DNA of 64,000 nt from Alphaproteobacteria bacterium. GTDB taxonomy: Bacteria > Patescibacteriota > Minisyncoccia > Phycocordibacterales > JABAAK01. Under the pieces are notes generated by a model. The model saw only the letters and a list, made by a program, of their open reading frames with translations. It ran no database searches and was not told where the DNA came from. The stretch spans positions 21,484 to 85,483 of the forward strand of contig JASGCN010000002.1 of assembly GCA_030054135.1 (NCBI GenBank), in the 5' to 3' direction. A program made the position numbers and the translations under genes. This document shows positions 20,825 to 30,522 of the stretch, in pieces; positions within the stretch are counted from its first letter, which is position 1; each line of letters begins with the position of its first letter.

Positions 20825-23272
20825 ATGAGTATATTTAAAGGTAATGGTTCACCTATTAGTCGGTATGTAGATCCTATTGGGACTCCACAGGAGGATTTGA
20901 ATGAATATAGAAACAACAAACCATTAGATTGGAATGAGTTCGATACCACTATTCGTCGGTATGTAGATCCTATTGAGACTCGACAGAATGATAGAAACAA
21001 AAAACCATTAGATTGGAGTAAGTTCGATACCACTATAGGCACAGACTCTTCTATAAAAGAAAATGCCATTGAGAAAGATAATAAATTTGAAACACAAAAT
21101 GAAAACATTATAAAAGGTATTAAAGAAACAGATCAAGATGCAGAAAAAAGAGGATTAAAAAAAATTTTTGAATCATTAAAAAAACAATGGGATGCAACGC
21201 CTTCGTGGATGAAAATCACTCTCTCGGGGCTAGTTACTGTTGGGGGGTTAACAGGGGTTTCTTTAGCAATCCCTTCTGCTATAGCTGTTACAAGAATAGT
21301 GGGGACTGCTTTATCCGTAATCAGTATTACAGATATTTTGTCAAAAATTAAAGGCTATAATAAAAAAGATGGTTTGACAAGTGATGTTTTTCTTGGGGCG
21401 GGGAGTATTATTTCAGCGGTGGCGTCTCTTGCTACAGTTGGAGTTTCAGTAATTAACCCGAGTCTTGATATAAGAAAATATCAATCGTTTGCATATAGTT
21501 GGGGGGCAATAATGGGTATGGCGAATGTTTATTTTGCAAAAACAACATTGGGGAAGGGGCTCGGTGTATCAGCAGCACTTATTTCTTTATTTGGGCTTGG
21601 GTCGATGCCCACAGAACAACACAATGAACAGGCATATAATTCAAATCCACCATCAACTCCACCCACACCGCCATCAAATATTTATTCAGATGGACCGTCA
21701 TTCCCACCTACACCAACTTCTACATCTCCACTAACTCCAACCCCAACACCACCAAATATTTATTTAGATGGAGCATTATTTCCACATAATGCAGAATTTT
21801 ATAATAACGAACATGTAGTACAGTATGAATCATCTGCATCTATTAGTGATTTGGAATATATTGTTACTGCCAAAGATGGGGATACGGTTACTTCTATAAT
21901 AAAGAGGGCAATAGAGGATCGAGCGCTTGATGATCCAGCCGTAGCCTCTGCGCTTGAACAGTTTAAAGTATCTGGTGGATACGACCAGCGCATGGAAAAT
22001 ATTGTTCAAAACATTCTTTTTACAAAGCTTGGAGAGGGCTCTACCATAACCATAGGAAACGATTCATTATTAGATATCATAAACGAATGCAAAAGAGAAC
22101 ATATATTGGTAGGGGATGAAATATGTATAAAAATTCCAAAAGATGACTTAGGAGTAATTCTTGCACGAGCTTTACATCTTGAACCTAAAGATATTGCAAA
22201 CATACAAGAAGGATCAAGAGTCTACCAAGAAGCACTCACACATGGTGAAGAGCATCTACGCATACCTCGTTGTGACTCAACAATACTATCTGAAGTGAAT
22301 GGCGTATATACTCAAACAAAAGTTGAAGGTACGCAAGATCAAATCGCTAAAAATACACAATGGGTATACGTTGATGATCAACCACACTCTCAAGAAGAAA
22401 AACATGTACCATACAGAATAGAAGGCCCGAAGGGAATAGCACATACTGCGTGGCGTATGGAACTTATTACTCTTCCATATACAGGAACTGATCCAGAAAT
22501 TCTTGCACAGACTAAAAAATCAATAGCAGGATTTGAAACTATAGTTCCACCACCACCTATTATTTCAACTGATGAACAATATATTATCAACGAAAACATT
22601 TCAGAGTCTCAATTTAAAGAAGGATTGTCGGATGACAATACTACCAACAATGTAAGTGCTCAGCGTTCTGAAAGTACATACACCCCTCTATCTGCTGCGT
22701 CTCTTGGAACCAATGCATTGCCAAACACCACCATAGAGGATTATCTTCATGAGACTCCAGTACAATTATCACACACACAAATAGTAGAAGCACTCGCACC
22801 AACCCAAAGCAGTGTGTTAAGTAATTTTTTTAGTGCGTTAACATTTGGAATATTTGATTCGAAGTCATCTTCAATTGATGTGTTAAGTAATAATAATTTT
22901 AATTATCTTCCAGAGGATAAATCCTCTGGGTATCAAATTCTTTATGATGACACACCTCCTCACAAAAATATCACTGTTACAAATATTCCTATTAGTCTTC
23001 AAAATATATATTCAGACAGTTCATATACAAAACTATTAGATACCCCTGCAGTTGAATTTATTAACACACCAGCAACCACAGATTCTGAAAAAATACTCTT
23101 AGGAAATATTGCTCGTGAATCACGAGAAGCTTTAGGGTATTATAAGCCAGCTGTTAATGAAATTGGGTATGTAAATATTGGCCCATTGGGGTCTCCAAGA
23201 TCTGGAGAAACAGTAAAAGAATATTTAACTTTTTTAACAACACATAATATTGTAGTCCGTAATACACTTTAG
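20825..23272 (+). CDS. Large hypothetical membrane/surface protein (~815 aa): N-terminal RYVDPIxTxQxD...KPLDW repeats, multi-TM segment, Pro/Thr linker, large C-terminal domain
   Basis: ORF track 20741..23272, start trimmed to MSIFKG; PPSTPPTPPSNIY...TPTPTPPNIY linker. Confidence 0.5.
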   Translation: MSIFKGNGSPISRYVDPIGTPQEDLNEYRNNKPLDWNEFDTTIRRYVDPIETRQNDRNKKPLDWSKFDTTIGTDSSIKENAIEKDNKFETQNENIIKGIKETDQDAEKRGLKKIFESLKKQWDATPSWMKITLSGLVTVGGLTGVSLAIPSAIAVTRIVGTALSVISITDILSKIKGYNKKDGLTSDVFLGAGSIISAVASLATVGVSVINPSLDIRKYQSFAYSWGAIMGMANVYFAKTTLGKGLGVSAALISLFGLGSMPTEQHNEQAYNSNPPSTPPTPPSNIYSDGPSFPPTPTSTSPLTPTPTPPNIYLDGALFPHNAEFYNNEHVVQYESSASISDLEYIVTAKDGDTVTSIIKRAIEDRALDDPAVASALEQFKVSGGYDQRMENIVQNILFTKLGEGSTITIGNDSLLDIINECKREHILVGDEICIKIPKDDLGVILARALHLEPKDIANIQEGSRVYQEALTHGEEHLRIPRCDSTILSEVNGVYTQTKVEGTQDQIAKNTQWVYVDDQPHSQEEKHVPYRIEGPKGIAHTAWRMELITLPYTGTDPEILAQTKKSIAGFETIVPPPPIISTDEQYIINENISESQFKEGLSDDNTTNNVSAQRSESTYTPLSAASLGTNALPNTTIEDYLHETPVQLSHTQIVEALAPTQSSVLSNFFSALTFGIFDSKSSSIDVLSNNNFNYLPEDKSSGYQILYDDTPPHKNITVTNIPISLQNIYSDSSYTKLLDTPAVEFINTPATTDSEKILLGNIARESREALGYYKPAVNEIGYVNIGPLGSPRSGETVKEYLTFLTTHNIVVRNTL

Positions 23273-23330
23273 ATTTTATGTACAATATGCCTATAGCGTA
23301 AAAAGCACGTCTCGTGGTATATTTGAATAT

Positions 23331-23633
23331 ATGGTAGCTATTTCTTCTCTTGCGTTGGTACCAAAAGATCTTATTAATTTTCTTGGTATGAGTAAATATT
23401 CAGACGAACAACAAACAGTTATTCTTGAAAATTTAGGATTACTTATTATGAAAAAATATATTCTTGAAATTGATAAAATGCTTCTTCCTACGCAGCGAGC
23501 AGAATTTCATTTACTCATTGAAAAAAATGATCAACAAGCGATTATGAATTTTCTTGCAACTCGTGTTCCTAATCCTCAAGGATTACTCATGGCAATAGCT
23601 CAACGAGTGGTATACCAGTATCGTGGTAACTAA
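23331..23633 (+). CDS. Hypothetical protein (100 aa)
   Basis: ORF track. Confidence 0.4.
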   Translation: MVAISSLALVPKDLINFLGMSKYSDEQQTVILENLGLLIMKKYILEIDKMLLPTQRAEFHLLIEKNDQQAIMNFLATRVPNPQGLLMAIAQRVVYQYRGN

Positions 23634-23647
23634 GTGTACACTAGAGT

Positions 23648-24496
23648 ATGTCTCGCTGGTCTTCTGAAAGAAAGTCTCTGATCTTGTATGCCTGTGTAGC
23701 AATAACTCTTGTTGTGGTGGCGCTGATATTTTTTTCATATTTTTATAAATTGCCAAGTTGTACAGACGGCATGTTAAATCAAAATGAAGAAGAAATAGAT
23801 TGTGGGGGGGTGTGTGCATTAAAAGAAAATGGAGGACGCGCGTGTGTGATAGCACCGTTTCTTATGTCAGTGGTATGGCAAAGATCATTCCTTCTTACAC
23901 TTCCTAACGATGAAGAAACTATTTATGCACTTGGAGCAATGATACAAAATCAAAATAAAAACATTGCCGCACAGAAAGTGCCGTATACCTTTACCGCAGT
24001 AGATGAAAAGGGAAATATTCTTGCAGAAGTACGAGGTGTTGTAAATATACAACCATCTGGATTTACTCCTGTGTTTGTCCGTGCGGTGGATACAAAAAGA
24101 AAAAAAATAGCACAAACAATATTTGCATTAGATGATGCACGCAACTATTATCAAGAAGTACAAGAACCACCACAGGTGCGATTCTCTCAGTATGTGCTTG
24201 ATGTTGAAGGAGAGAATCCAAATGCGGAAGTAACGGTTCATAATGAATCTACCAAAAATATTTTTGATATGTCGGTATTGATAGTGGTGTATGACTCAGA
24301 AGGAAGCGCGGTATCGATGTCGCGAACATTGGTGGACACACTTTCTCCTAGTGCATCAAAAAAACTTTACTTTACGTGGCCAAACAAAATACAAAGCAAT
24401 AAAAAGCCATTATGCGATGCATTGGTTGATCAATTTACTCCAGAATTATGTTATTATCCTATAACTCATTTTGAAGCGTATGATATCTATCAATAA
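23648..24496 (+). CDS. Hypothetical membrane-anchored protein (282 aa)
   Basis: ORF track; N-terminal TM then soluble domain. Confidence 0.45.
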   Translation: MSRWSSERKSLILYACVAITLVVVALIFFSYFYKLPSCTDGMLNQNEEEIDCGGVCALKENGGRACVIAPFLMSVVWQRSFLLTLPNDEETIYALGAMIQNQNKNIAAQKVPYTFTAVDEKGNILAEVRGVVNIQPSGFTPVFVRAVDTKRKKIAQTIFALDDARNYYQEVQEPPQVRFSQYVLDVEGENPNAEVTVHNESTKNIFDMSVLIVVYDSEGSAVSMSRTLVDTLSPSASKKLYFTWPNKIQSNKKPLCDALVDQFTPELCYYPITHFEAYDIYQ

Positions 24497-25646
24497 ATAT
24501 ATATTATTATTAAAACAATATGCTGTTGTTCCTAGTGCCATTGTTGGACTCATCTATAATTTTTTAAAAGAGTATTTCGATGGAGTACTTTTTCTTTCTG
24601 CAGTAACATTATTTTTATTTGGTTTTATTACTAATAGCACACTTTTTTTTACTGACAGTTCAACCCTTGTTATCAAACACGGTGTCTTTTTTTTCGTATT
24701 TTTATTAACAATTATGTTGGGGAGAGTATTTCCGCATAATATATTTAGACAATCTAATTTGGTGAGCCCGCTTGCGTATACGCTTGCGTGTGTTGCACTC
24801 GTGTCTCTTTTATTTTTTGCGACTCCATTAAATGGTGCGCGAGGATGGTTCGTGCTAGGGCCCATTGCGATACAGCCAATAGACATGGTGGCATTAACAT
24901 TGATATTTGTGTTGGCACGATATTTTATGTTACGTCATGTGTACATAAAAAGAATACAAGTACTTATCCCGCCTTTGTGTATGTCATTATTTTTAGTATT
25001 GTTAGTCTTATTACAACCTGACTTAGGAGGAGCGGTAGTACTTTTGGGAATTGCAATTATTGTAATTATATATTCAGGAGTGTCGTTAAAACATTTTTTC
25101 TCTCTTGTGTCCATTGGCATAGTGACAGCGGTTATTTTGTGGCACACTGGACTTCCAGCATATCAAAAAGAACGACTGGTCGCATTTCTCGATCCGTATA
25201 CCTACATTGATAGCACAGGGTATAATACGTATCAATCTCTTATTGCGATTGGGAGTGGGGGATTGTTTGGAAAGGGAATTGGAGAAGGAGATCAATCAAA
25301 ATTAGGATTTTTACCTTTTCATGAGTCAGATTTTATTTTTGCTTCTTTTTCTGAAGAATGGGGCTTCATCGGAGTTTTACTATGTCTTTCATTGTTTTTT
25401 ATATTTTTATTACGCTTAGGAATTATTGTATACAAAAGTAGCAATACATACGATGCATTGATTTTGATTGGTATATGGGCGTATTTTTTTATGCACATTT
25501 TTATTCACATCGGGGTAAATATTGGTTGGCTTCCTGTGACAGGTATTACACTTCCATTTATGAGTTATGGGGGATCGCATATAGTAGTAGAAGGAATTGC
25601 TATAGGGATAGCTACTAGAATTGCAAAAAGCGAACGATTAATTTGA
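24471..25646 (+). CDS. ftsW: SEDS-family peptidoglycan glycosyltransferase FtsW/RodA
   Basis: ...LPFHESDFIFASFSEEWGFIG... and LPVTGITLPFMSYGGSHIV C-terminal SEDS motif. Confidence 0.85.
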   Translation: MKRMISINKYILLLKQYAVVPSAIVGLIYNFLKEYFDGVLFLSAVTLFLFGFITNSTLFFTDSSTLVIKHGVFFFVFLLTIMLGRVFPHNIFRQSNLVSPLAYTLACVALVSLLFFATPLNGARGWFVLGPIAIQPIDMVALTLIFVLARYFMLRHVYIKRIQVLIPPLCMSLFLVLLVLLQPDLGGAVVLLGIAIIVIIYSGVSLKHFFSLVSIGIVTAVILWHTGLPAYQKERLVAFLDPYTYIDSTGYNTYQSLIAIGSGGLFGKGIGEGDQSKLGFLPFHESDFIFASFSEEWGFIGVLLCLSLFFIFLLRLGIIVYKSSNTYDALILIGIWAYFFMHIFIHIGVNIGWLPVTGITLPFMSYGGSHIVVEGIAIGIATRIAKSERLI

Positions 25647-25679
25647 TGTTGCATGCAATTGTAAAGAAAGATACTATAG

Positions 25680-27026
25680 ATGTACACTACACTCATGAAA
25701 CTTATGTCAATACATCGCATTGTTGTATCCTTTGCTAAGACAATGGGTCGTTTTCTGCGTTCTTTTGGAGTTCTTATTGTAGTACTCGGGGCAGTTGCAT
25801 ATAGTTTTTATACACTGTATCCAAATAAAATTGCTTTTGAAAATTCTTTTATACGGGGGCTTGATATTGCTGGAGGAGTACAATTTACCTATCATATTAA
25901 CACTAAAGATGTTGCGCGAAGTGATGTGGACGCTCGATTAGATTCATTAAAGGTTGTTATTGAAAGAAGAGTGAATGGATTAGGAGTAAGTGAGCCACAA
26001 ATATTTATTGCGTCAGGAGGAATTGGAAATAATGATACGCATAAACTTGTTGTTGAATTGCCTGGAGTGACTGACGTAGCGAAAGCAGTTGAACATTTAG
26101 GAAAAACCCCTCACTTGCAATTTAAAGTATACTCTGACGCAAAAAAAGATTTCGTGGACACTGCTCTTGATGGAACACGAGTTGAACATGCACAAATGCA
26201 ATTTTTACAAGGACACGTTGGTTCTCTTACAAATACTCCGGTAGTCGCATTAACATTTGATTCAAAAGGAAGAGATCTTTTTGCAAAACTAACAAAAGAC
26301 AATATTGGAAAACAATTGGGTATTTATCTTGATGGTGCACTTATTTCAGCGCCTGTTATACAAGAAGCAATTCCAGGCGGAACCACTCAAATAACTGGAA
26401 GTTTTACCATTACTCAAGCACAACAACTCGCACAAGATCTTTCACTGGGGGCGCTCCCACTTCAAATTGCTCTGGAATCTACAAAAACAGTGGATGCAAC
26501 ACTTGGGAACGAAACATTGACATTAAGTGTTCGCACTGGGCTTGTGTCTATTCTTGCAATCTCTATTTTTATGCTTGTGGTGTACCGTGGAATTGGTTTA
26601 CTTGGTGTTGTTGCACTCGGCATATACACATTGATGACATTGTTATTATTCAAACATATTCCCGTAGTGCTTTCAGCATCATCTCTTGCTGCGTTTATTA
26701 TGTCTGTGGGGCTTGCGGTTGACGCAAATGTGCTTATCTTTGAACGAATCAGAGAAGAATTACAGTCTGGTAAAATATTTAAAGAAGCTGTTGAAATTGG
26801 TTTTAATCGAGCATGGACATCGATACGGGACTCTCACATATCAGCTGTGCTTATTGCGATATTGTTATTCTGGTTTGGAGTGTCTGCAGTTAAAGGATTT
26901 GCGTTTACTTTTATACTTGGTGTGGGTATTAATCTTATATCGTCTTTCATTATTTCAAGAATATTCTTGCGTGCGCTCGCAAAGATAATTCGTGGTGGCG
27001 GAAATGCATTACTTATAGCAAAATAA
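25680..27026 (+). CDS. secD: Protein translocase subunit SecD
   Basis: GLDIAGGVQFTY..., C-terminal LIFERIREE and 6-TM domain. Confidence 0.9.
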   Translation: MYTTLMKLMSIHRIVVSFAKTMGRFLRSFGVLIVVLGAVAYSFYTLYPNKIAFENSFIRGLDIAGGVQFTYHINTKDVARSDVDARLDSLKVVIERRVNGLGVSEPQIFIASGGIGNNDTHKLVVELPGVTDVAKAVEHLGKTPHLQFKVYSDAKKDFVDTALDGTRVEHAQMQFLQGHVGSLTNTPVVALTFDSKGRDLFAKLTKDNIGKQLGIYLDGALISAPVIQEAIPGGTTQITGSFTITQAQQLAQDLSLGALPLQIALESTKTVDATLGNETLTLSVRTGLVSILAISIFMLVVYRGIGLLGVVALGIYTLMTLLLFKHIPVVLSASSLAAFIMSVGLAVDANVLIFERIREELQSGKIFKEAVEIGFNRAWTSIRDSHISAVLIAILLFWFGVSAVKGFAFTFILGVGINLISSFIISRIFLRALAKIIRGGGNALLIAK

Positions 27027-27030
27027 TTTT

Positions 27031-27996
27031 ATGATAAGCAAACATGCTCCAGCGTACGTATTAATAAGTATTGTCATCGCTTTGGTCTGTGTGGGGGCGT
27101 GGAGTGTGTTTGGGTTTAAATTATCTCCTGAGTTTGCTGGTACCTCAGTAACTCGTATACAATCACCAGATCTCCTCACAGAAGAACACATAGCGCCTTT
27201 GTTGTCAAAAAATATTTCTATTATTTCTTTTAAAAAAGAGGGGAATGTGTATATTCTTACCGCCCCTCCAATACATACAGAAGAGTATGCTTCTTTTTCT
27301 CAGGCATTGATTAAAAAATATCCAACTGCGCGTGTTGTTCAATTTGAATCAGTTGGGCCAGCATTAAGTGTAGAACTCATCAAAAAATCTTTTCTTGCGG
27401 TGGGTGTTGCGGGGCTCCTTGTTTTAATTTTTATTGCATTTGCATTTCGCAAAGTGTCTCGTCCAGTTTCTTCATGGAAGTATGGTTTCACTGCGATGCT
27501 TACTCTTATTCACGATATTACCATTCCTGTGGGTGTATTTGCATTGGCTGGGTATGTGAGTGACGCATCAGTTGATACACTATTTGTGACTGCAATGTTA
27601 GCAGTGTTGGGGTACTCTATAAGTGACACAATCGTTATTTTTGATCGTATTCGTGAACGATTACTACACAATGAGGAAAAAAATAAAAAAGAATCTTTTG
27701 ATATTACTGTTGATATGGGGGTACGACAAACATTGCGTCGATCACTCTTTACTTCAATAACAACACTCATTCCGCTTGCTGTTTTGTTTTTATATGTCCC
27801 AGTTACAAAATGGTTTGCTCTTGCTTTGTTTTCAGGTATTTTAGCAGGAACATATTCATCTATATTTTTTGCAACAAGTGTGCTTGTGCTTATGAATAGA
27901 TATTGGCCTGAAAAACACAAAGAAGAAAGTGCAGAGGGGGATCTTGAACTTGCTGAAATGGAAATGAGAAAGAAATTTACAGGGGAATTGATATAA
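27031..27996 (+). CDS. secF: Protein translocase subunit SecF
   Basis: IVIFDRIRE motif; 6-TM; immediately downstream of secD. Confidence 0.9.
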   Translation: MISKHAPAYVLISIVIALVCVGAWSVFGFKLSPEFAGTSVTRIQSPDLLTEEHIAPLLSKNISIISFKKEGNVYILTAPPIHTEEYASFSQALIKKYPTARVVQFESVGPALSVELIKKSFLAVGVAGLLVLIFIAFAFRKVSRPVSSWKYGFTAMLTLIHDITIPVGVFALAGYVSDASVDTLFVTAMLAVLGYSISDTIVIFDRIRERLLHNEEKNKKESFDITVDMGVRQTLRRSLFTSITTLIPLAVLFLYVPVTKWFALALFSGILAGTYSSIFFATSVLVLMNRYWPEKHKEESAEGDLELAEMEMRKKFTGELI

Positions 27997-27997
27997 T

Positions 27998-29278
27998 ATG
28001 GGAAACCCAGATACAAAATTACAAACACTTTCAAATGGAGTTAGATGTGTTTCTACATATGTCCCAAACAGCTCACTAATAAAAATACAGGTAGGCGTTT
28101 GTATTGGTTCTAATCATGAAGAAAATGGAGAAGAAGGACTCGCACATTTTTTTGAGCACATGTGTTTTAAAGGAACTGAAATGTTCAAAACACCACAAGC
28201 ACTTATATCGCATATGGAAAATAATGGAATAATTGCAAATGCCTATACCAGTCTTGAAGCAACGACATATTATCTTGAAGGACTTGTAGAAAAAAAAGAG
28301 ATTATCTTTTCGACATCTGCAGATATTTTACTTAATAGTACTTTTCCAGAAGAAGAAGTAAAAAAAGAAGCACAAGTGGTGATACAGGAATTAAAAATGT
28401 ATGAAGATGAACCATCTTCTTATATTGGGCAGAAAGTTTTAGAAGAAATATTTGCTGACACTCCTCTTCGACATCCTATTGGAAAAAAAGAAGTGATAGA
28501 AACAATGACTCGTGAAAAATTTTTGAATTTTTATAAAAAACATTACCATGCGGGGAATATTATTTGTTCTGTATCGGGTGGGCTTTCTCATGATGAATCT
28601 TTTGCATTGTGTGAAAAACATTTTTCAATTCTATCAAAAACACTTACAACACCACTGCCCACTATTTTTCCAATGGTACCAAAAAAAAAATTTGTTACTA
28701 AACAAAGAACAGACATACAGCAAGATGTGATAGATATTAGTATGCGTGCGTATGGAGATGCCGATGATCGTAGGTATGCTCTTACTGTTGCTACCCATAT
28801 ATTGGGGGGAGGAATGAGCGCACGTTTATTTTCTGAAATAAGAGAAAATCTTGCTGCGTGTTATTCTATCAAAAGTGATTTTGATCCATTTAGTCATTTT
28901 GGTATTTTTGGTATTACTACACAAATAGATCCGAGTAAACGCCATCTAGTGCTCAATACTATTGCATTGATTATTTCTGAATTAAAAAAAAATGGGCCAA
29001 CACAAGAAGAACTTGATCGGGTAACAACTCAACTAGTATCACGCTTTATTCGTCGAAGTGAATTAAGTACAGTATACGCAAATTCAAATTTCATTTCTCT
29101 GGTAAAAAATATACCAATCATTTCTCCTGAAGAATACATCACTCATATTTCAAAAGTTACCGCTATACAAGTACAAGAAGTATTGCACGATGTAGTGAAA
29201 GGGGAATATATTGTACTTGGTATTTGTTCTCCTGATATAGTGACAGAAGAGGTGGGAAATGCTTTGTACACATTATAA
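27998..29278 (+). CDS. M16-family (pitrilysin/insulinase-like) zinc peptidase
   Basis: Inverted zinc motif HFFEHMCFKGT (HxxEH). Confidence 0.8.
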   Translation: MGNPDTKLQTLSNGVRCVSTYVPNSSLIKIQVGVCIGSNHEENGEEGLAHFFEHMCFKGTEMFKTPQALISHMENNGIIANAYTSLEATTYYLEGLVEKKEIIFSTSADILLNSTFPEEEVKKEAQVVIQELKMYEDEPSSYIGQKVLEEIFADTPLRHPIGKKEVIETMTREKFLNFYKKHYHAGNIICSVSGGLSHDESFALCEKHFSILSKTLTTPLPTIFPMVPKKKFVTKQRTDIQQDVIDISMRAYGDADDRRYALTVATHILGGGMSARLFSEIRENLAACYSIKSDFDPFSHFGIFGITTQIDPSKRHLVLNTIALIISELKKNGPTQEELDRVTTQLVSRFIRRSELSTVYANSNFISLVKNIPIISPEEYITHISKVTAIQVQEVLHDVVKGEYIVLGICSPDIVTEEVGNALYTL

Positions 29279-29301
29279 AAGTTGTGGTATACTACTACAG
29301 T

Positions 29302-29742
29302 ATGGAAAAAATTACATTTAGTCTTGTTGTTGAATATTTTTTTAGTTTAATATTCTTTGGGCAAGCATTGTTTATTATTATTTTTAATATTATTAATCTT
29401 TCAATACTTTCTGTATTGTTAGGGCTTTTTCTTTTAGTAATCGCTTTCTTTGTATATCCATGGCATGTAACTAAAGCGCCAAAAACAAATTTTTTTGCAC
29501 GATTGCATAGCATTGGTTCAGGATTTGATAATCAAGTAACCATTGGGGGAAAAGTAGCACTCACGTTAGTTGCACTTTTTGTATTTTTATTATTTTCTGA
29601 GGCATTTTTAGCTCTTGAAAGTGGAAGACATGAAAGACATTATGGAAAAGATCAAGCAGGTTATCCATTTGAAAAAAAAAGAAGTTTAAATAAAGACTCA
29701 CAAGATGAATTTGATTTTATTTACGACCGAATAAATAAATAA
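29302..29742 (+). CDS. Hypothetical membrane protein
   Basis: ORF track 29284..; start moved to ATG 8 nt after TATACT. Confidence 0.45.
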   Translation: MEKITFSLVVEYFFSLIFFGQALFIIIFNIINLSILSVLLGLFLLVIAFFVYPWHVTKAPKTNFFARLHSIGSGFDNQVTIGGKVALTLVALFVFLLFSEAFLALESGRHERHYGKDQAGYPFEKKRSLNKDSQDEFDFIYDRINK

Positions 29743-29746
29743 TGAT

Positions 29747-30172
29747 TTGGTAGTTACACCTATGCGACATATATCAATTTTTTTCACTCTTTGTATATTA
29801 CTTGGTGGACTCAATGTCGGCATTATTGGTGTTACTTCAATTGTTGGCCCGCAACGATTTGATGTCATTCAGTACATTTCCGTCATGGTGCTACAAACTC
29901 CAATAGTTGCTTCAATCGTTTATATTATCATTGGTGTATCAGCGGTTTCTCTTTTGTTTTTTTCTAGTTTTTTTAAATGTCTTGTTTGTATTTGTGATGA
30001 TACAGATTTTTCTGTACCATCTACCACTCATGTTCATGACACTCACACCATGAAACATCGACACATTAAAAACAAAAAAAGTCAATCACAACAAACTGAA
30101 AGCGCCCCCACTGAACAAACTACTAACACAAATGAAACAGTATCCTCTTCTATTGAAGTAGAAAACCAGTAA
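29747..30172 (+). CDS. Hypothetical membrane protein (141 aa) with Cys-rich segment and Thr/Gln-rich tail
   Basis: ORF track. Confidence 0.45.
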   Translation: MVVTPMRHISIFFTLCILLGGLNVGIIGVTSIVGPQRFDVIQYISVMVLQTPIVASIVYIIIGVSAVSLLFFSSFFKCLVCICDDTDFSVPSTTHVHDTHTMKHRHIKNKKSQSQQTESAPTEQTTNTNETVSSSIEVENQ

Positions 30173-30178
30173 GAAAAA

Positions 30179-30213
30179 ACTTGACATGATATAACAGCGT
30201 TAGTATACTTGTA
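30179..30213 (+). promoter_or_regulatory. groESL promoter TTGACA-N17-TATACT; no CIRCE operator detected
   Basis: CTTGACATGATATAACAGCGTTAGTATACT read directly. Confidence 0.55.
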
Positions 30214-30227
30214 TTGCATAACTAACT

Positions 30228-30521
30228 ATGAAACATATACTTCCTCTTAATGATAAAATACTTATACAAAAGGCCGAAGGAAAGGAACGAGAGCGATCTG
30301 GTATTATTCTTACAGAACAAAAAGATGGGCAAACAAATCGTGGTATTATTGTGGCAGTAGGACAAGGACGAATGGATAAAGATGGAAAACTTGTGTCAAT
30401 AGATGCTCGTTTAGTAAAAGGAACGGAAGTTGTATTTAGTTGGGGGGATAAAGTTGAAATAGATGGGGAGGAATATTTTCTTGTAGGATCGGACTCCGTT
30501 CTTGCAATTATTACACAATAA
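30228..30521 (+). CDS. groES: Co-chaperonin GroES
   Basis: ~97 aa, LKPLxDKILI-type N-terminus, mobile loop. Confidence 0.95.
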   Translation: MKHILPLNDKILIQKAEGKERERSGIILTEQKDGQTNRGIIVAVGQGRMDKDGKLVSIDARLVKGTEVVFSWGDKVEIDGEEYFLVGSDSVLAIITQ

Positions 30522-30522
30522 T

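Noticed and set aside
30170-30230. CIRCE (HrcA) operator upstream of groES
   Set aside because: No TTAGCACTC-N9-GAGTGCTAA-like inverted repeat is present. Only a plain TTGACA-17-TATACT promoter is seen.
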